Source: Anaeramoeba ignava BMAN
Taxonomy: Eukaryota; Protista; Anaeramoebae
DNA: 64,000 bases
NCBI GenBank assembly: GCA_028826165.1
Contig: JAPDFW010000129.1
Location: 79,641 to 143,640 of the forward strand
Reading direction: 5' to 3'
The notes under the pieces were generated by a model. It did no database searches, was not told where the DNA came from, and saw only the letters and a list, made by a program, of their open reading frames with translations. Of the stretch, positions 1-13,172 are shown piece after piece. Both the position numbers and the translations under genes were made by a program. Positions within the stretch are counted from its first letter, which is position 1. The number at the start of each line of letters is the position of its first letter.

Positions 1-1751
1 TAATTTGAATTCCATCTTTGATTTGATTTGAATAAATCCAATATTCAAATATTTGAAATGATTTATTACTTAATTCACTATAATCTGTAACTTTATTAGA
101 AGTATCATTTGTTACAGATAAAAACATTCCTCGATATAATTCACTTCTCATTATTAATATTAATTTAGGAAATTTATATTGTTTTTCTTTTCTTTCAATA
201 ATAAAATCTTTTTCATTTTCATTTTCATTTAAATAAATTCTTTTAATTGTTTCTTCAATTTTTTCATTTAAATTTATAATTTCTTTAATTTCAGAATATA
301 ATTTTGGATTTATTTTAGAATTGTTTGAATAAATCATTTCAAATATTTGATTTGATTCTTTAATTGATTTATTTGAAATAATTTCTTGAAGTTTTTCAAT
401 TTCATTTTGATTTTGATTTAATCTATATTTCAATATTAATTTATGAGCTTCAATTATTTCTCCATTTTCTGTTTTAAATGAAATATCACAAAATTCTTTT
501 CTTTCAAATAATTTTATCAAATCTTCTTCAATATTGGAAAAAGAAGAAAGAGAATAATAAAAAAATGAATTATCATATCCACAAGAAAGATGATAATTGG
601 AAATATTTTCATTAAATCTTAATTTAGGAAGTTCAATTTGAATTGGAATTAATTCGAAATTTGTATCTCCATTTCCTAAATGACCAAAATAATTATTTCC
701 AAATCCTATTAATTTTGGTTGTTAAAATCAAAGTGTGATCGAGTCCACAAGAAAAATCAAGAATATTATCATCATTTTCAAATAAAGATGATTTAATTTC
801 AGTAAATTCATAAGTATTTTCATTTTCATTTTTGCCAAGTCCATTATATCGATAATCTCCACATGAATAAAGTTTTCTTTTTGGATTTTCATTTTCATTT
901 TCATTTTCATTTTCATTTTCATTTTCATTTTCATTTTCATTTTCATTTTCATTTTCATTTTCATTTTCATTTTCATTTTCAATCAACATTATTGAATGAT
1001 AATTTCCGCATTTAATATCAATTATTTTGCCTTTTGGAATATTTTGGATTTTGGTTAATTTTTGGATTTTTGTTTCTTCTTTTCTTGATTCTCCTAATCC
1101 AAGTTGACCATGTTCATTATTTCCGCATCCAAATAATTCTTGATTTGAATTTAAAAGAAAAACAGAATTTGAAATATTTCCTGAAAATATTTTAAAAACA
1201 TTTTTCATCATTAAAATTGGTTTTTGTGTTTTTGGAAGTGTTTCAGAATCAAAACCAAGTTGACCAAATTCATTTGAACCAATTCCATAAGCATTTTGAT
1301 TTGAAGTTAATAAGTAAATTGAATTTCTTCCAGAAACAATATCTTGAATTATTCTATCATTTGTATCTTCAATTAATGATGAAATATTGATAAATTCATT
1401 TGGATTTTTTGAATTAATATTCATTCCTTTGGCAAATACATTTCCTTCTTTTGTTAAAATAGCTTCATTAAGAGCACCAACAGTTACTTTTTGAATATTT
1501 TCTTCAATTTGGATTTTTTCAGGATTTTGTTTTGAATTTTTTAAGTATTCTATTGCTTTTCCATTTTTAAAAAGGAAAATTGTTGATAAATTTCCTGTTG
1601 AAATTTGTTTAATTTGTTTTTCATTTTCATTTTCATTTTCATTTTCATTTTCATTTTCAAATTTAAATTGAATTGGTTTTGTTATTTTATTTGGTTTATT
1701 TTTGATAATTTTTGGTGAATAATTTAAACCAAAAAATAAACAATCATTCAT
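1..1751 (-). CDS. RCC1-repeat + BTB-BTB protein, copy A (3' end outside window; frameshift ~715)
   Basis: RCC1 motifs (FGCGNNEHGQLGLG, IKCGNYHSIML); the BTB module continues in another frame down to position 1; long (EN)n insert at ~885-980. Confidence 0.85.
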
Positions 1752-2109
1752 TTTTGAAAAAGAAAAAAATGAAAAAATGAAAATAAAATTTTAATTTTAA
1801 TTCTAATTTTAATTTTAATTTTGATTTTGATTTTGATTTTGATTTTGATTTTGATTTTAAATTTAATTTTAATTTTAATTTTGATTTTAATTTTAATTTT
1901 AATTTTAATTTTAATTTTGATTTTAATTTTAATTTTAATTTTAATTTTAATTTTGATTTTAATTTTAATTTTAATTTTAATTTTGATTTTAATTTTGATT
2001 TTGATTTTGATTTTGATTTTAATTGTAATTTTAATTTTAATTTTAATTTTGATTTTAATTTTAATTTTGATTTTTAATTTTAATTTTGATTTTGATATTA
2101 AATTTGATT

Positions 2110-3906
2110 TTAATTTTGATTTTGATTTTGATTATTAAATTTATTAATTAATAAATCAAATAAATTTGGATTTGTTTGATTTAATTGGAAATAATCAATT
2201 CCAATTTGAATTTCATTAATTATTTGTTTTGTAATTTGAATTTCTTCTTTAATTTTATTTGAATAAATCCAATATTCAAATATTTGAAATGATTTATTAC
2301 TTAATTCACTATAATCTGTAACTTTATTTGAAGTATCATTTGTTACAGATAAAAACATTCCTCGATATAATTCACTTCTCATTATTAATATTAATTTAGG
2401 AAATTTATATTGTTTTTCTTTTCTTTCAATTATAAAATCTTTTTCATTTTCATTTTCATTTAAATAAATTCTTTTCATTGTTTCTTCAATTTTTTCATTT
2501 GAATTTATAATTTCTTTAATTTCAGAATATAATTTTGGATTTATTATTCTGTTTGAATAAATCATTTCAAATATTTGATTTGATTCTTTAATTGATTTTT
2601 TTGAAATAATTTCTTGAAGTTTTTCAATTTCATTTTGATTTTGATTTAATCTATATTTCAATATTAATTTATGAGCTTTGATTATTTCTCCATTTTCTGT
2701 TTTAAATGAAATATTACAAAATTCTTTTCTTTCAAATAATTTTATCAAATCTTCTTCAAGATTGGAAAAAGAAAAAGAATAATAAATAAATGATCTATAA
2801 TATCCACAAGAAACATGATAATTGGAAATATCTTCATCAAATCTTAATTTAGGAATTTCAACTTGAATTGGAATTAATTGATATTGATTTGCATTTGGAA
2901 TTCCTAATTGGGCTAAATAATTATTTCCAAATCCTATAACTTTTCCTTTTATTGTTAAAATCAAAGTATGTTGATTTCCAACAGAAAAATCAAGAATATT
3001 ATCATCATTTTCAAATAAAGATGATTTAATTTCAGTAAATTCATAAGTATTTTCATATTTGCCAAGTCCATTATAATGATAATCTCCACATGAATAAAGT
3101 TTTCTTTTATTTTTTTCATTTTCATTTTCAATCAACATTATTGAATGAAATTCTCCAAATTGAATATCAATTATTTTGCCTTTTGGAATATTTTGGATTT
3201 TAGTTATTTTTTGGATTTCTGTTTCTTCTTTTCTTGATTCTCCTAATCCAAGTTGACCATATCCATTATATCCGCATACAAATAATTCTTGATTTGAATT
3301 TAAAAGAAAAACAGAGTTTGAAATATTTCCTGTAAATATTTTAGAAACATTTTTCATCATTAAAATTGGTTTTTTTGTTTTTTCAAGTGTTTTAGAATCA
3401 AAACCAAGTTGACTAAATTGATTTGAACCAATTGAATAAGCATCTTGATTTGAAGTTAATAAGTAAATTGAACTTTGACCAAAAAAAATATCTTGAATTA
3501 TTATATCATTTGTATCTTCAATTAATGATGAAATATTGATAAATTCATTTGGATTATTTGGATTAATATCTTCTCCTTTGGCAAATACATTTCCTTCTTT
3601 TGTTAAAATAGCTTCATTTCGAGAACTAACAGTTACTTTTTGAATATTTTCTTCAATTTGTATTTTTTGAGGATTTTGATTTGAATCATCTTTATTTAAA
3701 TATTCTATTGCTTTTCCATTTTTAAAAAGGAAAATTGTTGATAAATTTCCTGTTGAAATTTGTTTAATTTGTTTTTCATTTTCATTTTCATTTTTATTTT
3801 CATTTTCATTTTCAAATTTAAATTGAATTGATTTTGTTATTATATTTGGTTTATTTTTGATAATTTTTGGTGAATAATTTAAACCAAAAAATAAACAGTC
3901 ATTCAT
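2110..3906 (-). CDS. RCC1-repeat + BTB-BTB protein, copy B (intact, 598 aa)
   Basis: Seven RCC1-like blades, then FCNISFKTENGEIIKAHKLILKYR (BTB1) and KDFII..FPKLILIMRSELYRGMF (BTB2). Confidence 0.9.
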   Translation of the reverse strand: MNDCLFFGLNYSPKIIKNKPNIITKSIQFKFENENENKNENENEKQIKQISTGNLSTIFLFKNGKAIEYLNKDDSNQNPQKIQIEENIQKVTVSSRNEAILTKEGNVFAKGEDINPNNPNEFINISSLIEDTNDIIIQDIFFGQSSIYLLTSNQDAYSIGSNQFSQLGFDSKTLEKTKKPILMMKNVSKIFTGNISNSVFLLNSNQELFVCGYNGYGQLGLGESRKEETEIQKITKIQNIPKGKIIDIQFGEFHSIMLIENENEKNKRKLYSCGDYHYNGLGKYENTYEFTEIKSSLFENDDNILDFSVGNQHTLILTIKGKVIGFGNNYLAQLGIPNANQYQLIPIQVEIPKLRFDEDISNYHVSCGYYRSFIYYSFSFSNLEEDLIKLFERKEFCNISFKTENGEIIKAHKLILKYRLNQNQNEIEKLQEIISKKSIKESNQIFEMIYSNRIINPKLYSEIKEIINSNEKIEETMKRIYLNENENEKDFIIERKEKQYKFPKLILIMRSELYRGMFLSVTNDTSNKVTDYSELSNKSFQIFEYWIYSNKIKEEIQITKQIINEIQIGIDYFQLNQTNPNLFDLLINKFNNQNQNQN

Positions 3907-4058
3907 TTTTAAAAAGAAAAAAATGAAAAAATGAAAATAAAATTTTAATTTGAATTTTAATTTTAATTTTGATTTTAATTTTGATTTTGATTTTAATTTT
4001 GATTTTGATTTTAATTTTGATTTTGATTTTAATTTTAATTTTAATTTTAATTTTAATT

Positions 4059-5835
4059 TTAATTTTGATTATTAAATTTGTTAATTAATAAATCAAATAA
4101 ATTTGGATATGTTTGATTTAATTGAAAATAATCAATTCCAATTTCTATTTCATTAATAATTTCTTGTGTAATTTGAATTTCTTCTTTAATTTGATTTGAA
4201 TAAATCCAATATTCTAATATTTGAAATGATTTATTACTTAATTCACTATAATCTGTAACTTTATTTGAAGTATCATTTGTTACAGATAAAAACATTCCTC
4301 GATATAATTCACTTCTCATTATTAATATTAATTTAGGAAATTTATATTGTTTTTCTTTTCTTTCAATAATAAAATCTTTTTCATTTTCATTTTCATTTAA
4401 ATAAATTCTTTTCATTGTTTCTTCAATTTTTTCATTAGAATTTATAATTTCTTTAATTTCAGAATATAATTTTGGATTTGTTATTCTGTTTGAATAAATC
4501 ATTTCAAATATTTGATTTGATTCTTTAATTGATTTTTTTGAAATAATTTCTTGAAGTTTTTCAATTTGATTTTGATTTTGATTTAATCTATATTTCAATA
4601 TTAATTTATGAGCTTTGATTATTTCTCCATTTTCGGTTTTAAATGAAATATCACAAAATTCTTTTCTTTCAAATAATTTTATCAAATCTTCTTCAAGATT
4701 GGAAAAAGAAGAAAGAAGAGGAGAATAATAAAGAAATGAATTTTGAAATCCACAAGAAATATGATAATTAGAAATATCTTCATTAAATCTTAATTTAGGA
4801 AGTTCAATTTGAATTGGAATTGATTGATCTTCTGTATTTCCATTTCCTAATCCACCATATGAATTTCTTCCAAATCCTATCAATTTATTTTTTGTTGTTA
4901 AAACCAAATTATGATCAAGTCCACAAAAAATTTCAAGAATATTATCATCATTTTCAAATAAAGGTGATTTGATTTCAGTAAATTCATAAGTATTTTCATT
5001 TTTGTTAAATCCATTAGATCTATAATCTCCACATGAATAAAGTTTTCTTTTTTCATTTTCATTTTCAATCAACATTATTGAATGATAATCTCCACATTTA
5101 ATATCAATTATTTTACCTTTTGGAATATTTTGTATTTTGGTTAATTTATGGATTTTTGTTTCTTCTTTTCTTGATTCTCCTAATCCAAGTTGACCATATC
5201 CATTATTTCCGCATCCAAATAATTCTTGATTTGAATTTAAAAGAAAAACATGAGTTGAAATATTTCCTGTAAATATTTTAGAAACATTTTTCATCATTAA
5301 AATTGGTTTTTCTGTTTTTTTAAGTGTTATAGAATCAAAACCAAGTTGACCATCTTGATTTAAACCAATTGAATAAGCATTTTGATTTGAAGTTAATAAA
5401 TAAATTGAAAAGTATCCAGAAACAATATCTTGAATTATTCTATCATTTGTATCTTCAATTAATGATGAAATATTGATAAATTCATTTGGATTATCTGGAT
5501 TAATATCTCTTCCTTTTGCAAATACATTTCCTTCTATTGTTAAAATAGCTTGATTTTGAAAACCAGCAGTTACTTTTTGAATATTTTCTTCAATTTGTAT
5601 TTTTGAGATTTTGATTTGAAGGATTATTTAAATATTGAATTGCTTTTCCATTTTAAAAAGGAAAAATTGATAAATTTCCTGTTGAAATTTGTTTAATTTG
5701 TTTTTCATTTTCATTTTCATTTTTATTTTCATTTTCATTTTCAAATTTAAATTGAATTGATTTTGTTATTATATTTGGTTTATTTTTGATAATTTTTGGT
5801 GAATAATTTAAACCAAAAAATAAACAATCATTCAT
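4059..5835 (-). CDS. RCC1-BTB copy C (indels at ~5600-5670; pseudogene or sequencing error)
   Basis: ORFs 5653-5835 and 4059-5297 plus intervening homologous sequence; N-terminus identical to copy B. Confidence 0.8.
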
Positions 5836-6049
5836 TTTTGAAAAAGAAAAAAATGAAAAAATGAAAATAAAAAATTTTAATTTTAATTTTAATTTTAATT
5901 TTAATTTTAATTTTAATTTTAATTTTAATTTTAATTTTGATTTTTATAAATGAATTTTTAATTTTGATTTTAATTTGATTTTGATTTTAATTTTAATTTT
6001 AATTTTAAATTTTTTTGATTTTTAATTTTAATTTTAATTTTAATTTTAA

Positions 6050-7814
6050 TTTTAATTTGATTAAATTTGTTAATTTTAATTCTAATTTCAGTTTTTGATT
6101 TGGATATTTTAATTTTCAATTTCTGATTTTCATTAATAATTTCTTCTTTAATTTGAATTCCATCTTTTTGATTTGATTTGAATAAATCCAATATTCAAAT
6201 ATTTGAAATGATTTATTACTTAATTCACTATAATCTGTAACTTTATTTGAAGTATCATTTGTTACAGATAAAAACATTCCTCGATATAATTCACTTCTCA
6301 TTATTAATATTAATTTTGGGAAATTTATATTGTTTTTCTTTTCTTTCAATAATAAAATCTTTTTCATTTTCATTTTCATTTAAATAAATTCTTTTCATTG
6401 TTTCTTCAATTTTTTCATTTGAATTTATAATTTCTTTAATTTCAGAATATAATTTTGGATTTGTTATTCTGTTTGAATAAATCATTTCAAATATTTGATT
6501 TGATTCTTTAATTGATTTTTTTGAAATAATTTCTTGAAGTTTTTCAATTTGATTTTGATTTTGATTTAATCTATATTTCAATATTAATTTATGAGCTTCA
6601 ATTATTTCTCCATTTTCGGTTTTAAATGAAATATTACAAAATTCTTTTCTTCTAAATAGTTTTATCAAATCTTCTTCAAGATTAGAAAATTCTGCATAAT
6701 AAAGAAAAGATTTGTAATATGCACAAGAAAGATGATAATTGTAAGGATCAAAACATAATTCAGGAAGTTCAATTTGAATTGGAATTGATTGATTATTTGT
6801 ATCTCCAGTTCCTAATTGACCATACTGATTATTCCCAAAACCTATCAATTTTGAATTGGAAGTTAAAATCAAAGTATGAACATATCCACAAGAAAAATCA
6901 AGAATATTATCATTTTCAAATAAAGATGATTTGATTTCAGTAAATTCATAAGTATTTTCATCTTCTTTGCCAAGTCCATTATACTGATAAGCGCCAGTTG
7001 AATAAAGTTTTCTTTTATTTTCTTCATTTTCAATTTCAATCAACATTATTGAATGATAAAATCCACATTGAATATCAATTATTTTGCCTTTTGGAATATT
7101 TTGGATTTTGGTTAATTTTTGGATTGATTGATCTTTTCTTGATTCTCCTAATCCAAGTTGACCAAATTCATTCCATCCACAACAAAATAATTCTTGATTT
7201 GAATTTAAAAGAAAAACATGATTTGAATTGGTTCCTGAAAATATTTTAGAAACATTTTTCATCATTAAAATTGGTTTATGAGTTGTTTTCACAGAACTAA
7301 AATCAAAACCAAGTTGACCAAAAAGATTAGAACCAAATCCATAAGCATTTTGATTTGAAGTTAATAAGTAAATCGCATTAGCACCAGAAACAATATCTTG
7401 AATTATTCTATCATTTGGATCTTCAATTAATGATGAAAGTTGATACCATATATCAGGACCATCAGAAATATCTGAATCATTAGCAAAAGCAAAATCTTGT
7501 TCTTCGTTTTTTGCAAGAACTAATCCTTCTTTTGTAAGAACTATAACTTGATTTGAACCAACAGATACTTTTTGAATATTTTGCATATAAAGTTGATTTG
7601 TTTCATTGGAAAATGATAAATATTCATTTGCTTTTCCATTTTTAAAAAGTAAAATTATTGTAAAAACACCTGATAAAATTTGTTTAATTTCATTTTCATT
7701 TTCATTTTCATTTTCATTTTCAAATTTAAATTGAATTGGTTTTGTTATTTTATGTTCATAATTTTTTAAAAGAAGTTGAAAATTATTTTGACCAAAAAAT
7801 AAACAATAATTCAT
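6050..7814 (-). CDS. RCC1-BTB copy D (divergent blades 1-2; frameshifted/garbled C-terminus)
   Basis: ORF 6291-7814 plus BTB2 continuing in ORF 6116-6379. Confidence 0.8.
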
Positions 7815-7879
7815 TTTTGAAAAAGTAAAAAAATGAAAAGTGAAAAAATGGAGAAAAATTTTTTTGGATTTTTGCTTTT

Positions 7880-9750
7880 TTTTTATATTCGATTTTTTAA
7901 TTGAATTTAATTTGAATTTTTATTTGATTTTTGATTTAATTTGATTCGATTTAATTTGATTTTGATTTGATTTGATTTGATTTGAATTGATTTTTGATTT
8001 TTGATTTTTGATTTGATTTGATTTTGATTTGATTTTGATTTTGATTTGATTTGATTTGATTTTATTTTTGAATTTTGATTTGATTTTTGATTTGATTTTG
8101 ATTTGATTTGATTTTTTATTTGAATTGATTTGAATTTTGATTTGATTTTGAATTTTGATTTGAATTTTGATTTGAATTTTGATTTAATTTTGATTTTGAT
8201 TTGAATTGATTTTTGATTTAATTTGATTTGATTTGATTTGATTTTGATTTAATTTTTATTTGAATTTTTATTTGAATTGATTTGATTTGATTTGATTTGA
8301 TTTGATTTTTGATTATGATTTAATTTTGATTTGATTTAATTTATTTTTGATTTTTTGATTTTTGATTTAATTTTGATTTGAATTGATTTGATTTTTGATT
8401 TGAATTTTGATTTGATTTGATTTGATTTGATTTGATTTGATTTTTGATTTTTGATTTTGATTTGATTTTAATTTGATTTTGATTTGATTTAATTTGATTT
8501 TGATTTGATTTGATTTGATTTGATTTGATTTGATTTGATTTGATTTTGATTTGATTTTTAATTTGGATTTGATTTTTGATATTTGATTTTGATTTTGATT
8601 TGATTTTGATTTGATTTTTGATTTTATTTTGATTTGATTTTGATTTTGATTTTGATTTTGATTTATTTTGATTTTGATTTTTAATTTGATTTGATTTTGA
8701 TTTAATTTGAATTTAATTTTGATTTGATTTGATTTGATTTTTGATTTGATATTTATTTTTGATTTGATTTTTTATTTGAATTTTGATTTGAATTTTGATT
8801 TGATTTTGATTTTTAATTTGATTTTTAATTTGATTCGATTTGATTTTTTATTTGATTTGATTTTGATTTGATTTTAATTTTGATTTGATTTGATTTTTGA
8901 TTTGAATTTGATTTTGATTTGATTTTGATTTTGATTTTTGATTTTGATTTGATTTTGATTTATTTTTTTGATTTGGATTTTGATTTGAATTTGGATTTGA
9001 TTTTGATTTATTTTGATTTTGATTTAATTTATTTTGATTTTGATTTATTTTGATTTTGATTTTTAATTGAATTTGATTTGATTTGATTTGATTTGATTTG
9101 ATTTGATTTTTGATTTTTGATTTTTGATTTTTTATTTGATTTAATTTGATTTAGATTTTGATTTTTGATTTTTGATTTAATTTGATTTAGATTTTGATTT
9201 TTGATTTTGATTTGATTTTGATTTTTAATTTTGATTTTTAATTTGAATTTGAATTTTGATATTTGATTTTGATTTTTGATTTGATTTTTATTTGATTTTT
9301 ATTTGATTTGATTTTGATTTGATTTGATTTTGATTTATTTGAATTTTGATTTGATTTTGATTTTATTTAATTTGATTTAATTTGATTTTATTTTGATTTG
9401 ATTTAATTTGATTTGATTTGATTTGATTTGATTTGATTTTTGATTTTTGATTTTTGATTTGATTTGATTTTGATTTAATTTGATTTGATTTGATTTGATT
9501 TTGATTTGATTTTAATTTGATTTGATTTGATTTGATTTGATTTGATTTTAATTTGATTTGAATTTTGATTTGATTTGATTTTAATTTGATTTGAATTTTG
9601 ATTTTTAATTTGATTTTTGATTTGAATTTGATTTTGATTTTTAATTTGATTTTGATTTAATTGAATTTGATTTGATTTGATTTTTGATTTGATTTGATTT
9701 TTGATTTTTGATTTTTGATTTTAATTTGATTTTGATTTATTTTGATTTTA
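7880..9750. repeat. ~1.9 kb mixed (ATTTG)n/(ATTTTG)n microsatellite
   Basis: Directly visible penta/hexamer repeats continuing from the NQNS-coding tail of the PARG gene. Confidence 0.95.
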
Positions 9751-11456
9751 ATTTTTATTTGAATTTTGATTTGATTTTTTATTTGATTTTTTATTTGAAT
9801 TTTTATTTGAATTTTGATTTGAATTTTGATTTGAATTTTGATTTGATTTTGAATTTTGATTTGAATTTATAATTTCAATTTGATTTTCATTTTGATTTGA
9901 ATGATCCATTAAAATTTGAGAAGAATCAACACCAGTATAACTTTTATCGCCCATATAAACAAAGTTTTTACAAGAAGAAAAACGATTATAAAAAGGAATA
10001 AAATTTCCAACTGATTTTGCATTATGATCATCAAAAATACCAAAAGCAATTTTACGAAATTTACCTGAAAATTGTGGTTCAAAAATAACTTGGTAAAAAA
10101 GATCAGCAATATGAGCAGGAGGACAACGGAAAGCACCGCAACCCCAAGCAGAAAGCACTATTGTTTCATGGAATTCGAGAAGAGCGGTTGCTAAAATAAT
10201 TCTCATTTTGGATTTGAAATTTGTTGCAATTGGTTCTTCAATTAAATTATCTTCTGTTAATTTTGGATGTGAATATGCTGCTGCAGAAATACTTGCAAAT
10301 GTTAATGGTTCGCTCATAAATTTATATCCTTTTTTTTCGTTTGATCGAAAGAATATTACATTTGGTACGTAAATGTTGGAAATTTTATTAATTGGATAAA
10401 ATGGTTTGAATTGTTCTTGATAATAAATAAAAGTGGATCGTCTTTTGATTTCAAAATGAATTTTAATTTTAAAATGAATTTATTTTGATTTTGATTTTGA
10501 TTTTGAAATTTTTAAAATGTTAAATTGATTTTAAATTTTGATTTTTTTGATTTTGATTTGAATTTTGATTTTTAATTTAAATTTTTGAATTTTTAATATT
10601 TTGATTTTAAATTTTGATTTTAATTTTTTTTAATTTTGATTTTTGATTTTAAATTAAATTGATTTTAATATTTAAAATAAATTTAAATATTTGATTTTGA
10701 ATGGGAAATGTACCGAAATAAATTTTCTTCTTGTGCACCAGCTCCAGTTAAAAAACCACCACCAGGACGTTTTTTGGAAGCCATATTCAAAATAACAGGA
10801 GTATAAGCTCTAAGTTTTACATTTGGATCATTTGCGAATTTTTCCAAATCTTGACGATACATAATCTCAGCAATATCAACACAATCACCTTTATAAAGAA
10901 TAATTTCAGTATCAAATTTCTTCAAATTTCTTTTTTGAAGATCAGAAAGCAAAAGTTTATCATCTGAATATAATTTAACTTGGTTTTTGCTTTTTTCTAA
11001 TAATTCTATATCCAATTTGACTTCTTTTTTTTCCCCATTTTCTTCTTTATAAAAATATGATCCTTTTTTGATACATTCAAGTGTTTCAAGTATGATTTCT
11101 TTTCTTAAATTGCGAAGTTCAAATGAATGTCTTGCTTTTGATTCTTGTTCGAATTTTTCAATCCATTTTTCACTTGAAAGATATTCTGTTTGTGTTTTTG
11201 GATCTATTGAAATTAAATCCATTATATTTGTTCTGAATTTCGAAATATTTTTGTTTTCTTTATATAAATAATAATATTCATCAATTTTAATATGTTTTTC
11301 TTTCGGAAATCTATTTCTATTATTTTCATTTTTATTTTCATTTTTATTATTTTTTTTGTCTTGATAAAAAAATTGTTGTTTTGATTTATTTTTATTTTTA
11401 TTTCTGTTTCTGTTTCTATTTCTATTTCTATTGTTTTGATTTTTTTTATCGCTCAT
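9748..11456 (-). CDS. Bacterial-type poly(ADP-ribose) glycohydrolase (TIGR02452/DUF2263 macrodomain), 2 exons, intron 10442-10713
   Basis: LNMASKKRPGGGFLTGAGAQEENLF|RRS (GGG-x6-QEE) and IVLSAWGCGAFRCPP motifs; a GT..AG splice restores the frame. Confidence 0.88.
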
Positions 11457-11628
11457 AATTAAAATTTAAAATTTAAAATGAGAAAAATGAAAAACGAAAA
11501 ATTTATTTTTTTTTTCTTTTTAAAAAAATGAAAAATGAAATTACGTCATTCGATTTAAAAAAAAAGCAAAAAAAAAAAAAAGGAGAATGAAAAATTTTTT
11601 GGATATTTTTTTTAGATTAATCTGTTTT

Positions 11629-13096
11629 TTAAATGAAATAAGTCTCAAGTTCATTTACTTTCCATTCATTATAAGAACCAGCTAAATAACTTTTAGCTTC
11701 CTTTGAATTGAATTCAATTCCTTTAGGAAGATGAAAACTAGAACCTAAATTGGTATGACCAGATTTTAAAGAGGAACTTAGCAAAAAATCTGGACCTTCA
11801 CTTTCAGAAAGTCCAAAAATTGGACCATGATTGAAATAGGAATAATAAATTGAATATTCTTCTTGCCCTTGTATAATTTTAAATCTTTGAGGCTTTCTAT
11901 CATTCTTATCATTTCTTAAGGAGAAAATGAATGCATTTTTATCTGGAATATATCCACTTGAAAAGCTCCAATTTCCTTTTTTCCATTTTGATTTATCATC
12001 TGTAAATCCAACTGAAGTAAATCCTCCAAAAATATAATTCTTGTTAGTTTTGATAATAATTAATGTTTTTCCTTTATTATCACAAATTGAATGCCATTTT
12101 TTGCAATCAAATCCATCTCTTTTTGCTGAAAATCCTTTTTTCATTTTGGAAAAGAATCGATTATCATTTATCCATTTTTTTAATTTATGGATATGCTCTT
12201 TTTCTTTGAGAATTATTGATGATTTAAATATTATTCTGGATTTGAAAATGAGTGTATTTTGATTTTCTTTTTCAATAAATTGATTTAATTCATCATTTTG
12301 TTGAAGTTTTTGGAATTGAATTAATTTTTGTGAAATTTGATTTGGAATTAAATCTTCTTTTAAAATATCTTTAAGTTCTTGTTTTGAGAAATCAATAAAT
12401 CTGATTTTATCAATTACATTTGAAATTTGATCTTGTAATTTTTCTTTTTCTTTTTTTTCTAATTCTTTTTCTTGATTAATATTTGATTTATGTTTTCCCC
12501 ATTTTATTATTGTTTGGAATATTTTAAATTCATTTGCAGAAATTTCATCATTTGATAAAATAAAATTTAAATGATTTTCTTCAAGTTCAAGAAAAAAAGG
12601 AGTTTTAATAAATTGTTCAAAATTATCCAAAATAAACTGATAAGAAGAATTTAGTAATTGATTTAAGTTCATTGTTTCGGATAATTTTAAGAATATCAAC
12701 AATAGTTTCGGGTTGTAAATTGTTTTTGATAAAATTTGAAGAAACATTAATTAATTCATCAATTAAATATTTTGATGAAAAAATTAAAATTTCTATTGCA
12801 TTTTCTAAATTAATTTCAATTTTTCCTGAATAAAAATAATTTAAAATTGAAGATAGAATTGAATTTGAAACATCTTTTAGAATTATTTTATTTTCTTGAT
12901 ATTCTTTCATTTTAGAATTGAAAAGAGATTTAAAATAATAACTTCTTGATGAAAGAATTGATTTATGAGTTTTAAATGAAGTTTGATTTTGTTCACAAAT
13001 TATTTCAAAATCAAAATAACTTTCATTTTGGTTTTCATTTTGAAATAAATTTTTTAAATCATTTGAAAGTTTTTCTAAATTTAAATAATTTTCCAT
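11629..13096 (-). CDS. BTB-BACK-TLDc protein (frameshift ~12700)
   Basis: BTB (YFDFEIIC..FKTHKSILSSRSYYFKSLF), BACK (EFKIFQTIIKW), TLDc (SAKRDGF..WHSICDNKGKTLIIIKT..IFGGFT..ELETYFI). Confidence 0.88.
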
Positions 13097-13172
13097 TTTT
13101 TATTTAAAATGAAAAAAATGAAAAAATGAAAAATCATTTTTTTTTCTTCATTTTTTAAAAAATTAATTAATT
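13097..13172. promoter_or_regulatory. 76-bp divergent promoter with TCATTT motifs on both strands
   Basis: Head-to-head ATGs at 13096(-) and 13173(+); three AAATGA and two TCATTT occurrences between them. Confidence 0.6.

Noticed and set aside
1821-2138. ORFs of (IL)n, (DF)n, (NF)n, (IK)n and (MK)n here and at 38-42, 49-55 and 62 kb
   Set aside because: Translations of hexamer microsatellites, not genes
7880-9750. Telomeric repeat
   Set aside because: Irregular mixture of units, internal position and no G-run telomere-type unit
11541-11548. CRE/ATF-like TTACGTCA upstream of PARG
   Set aside because: Single occurrence with no supporting recurrence
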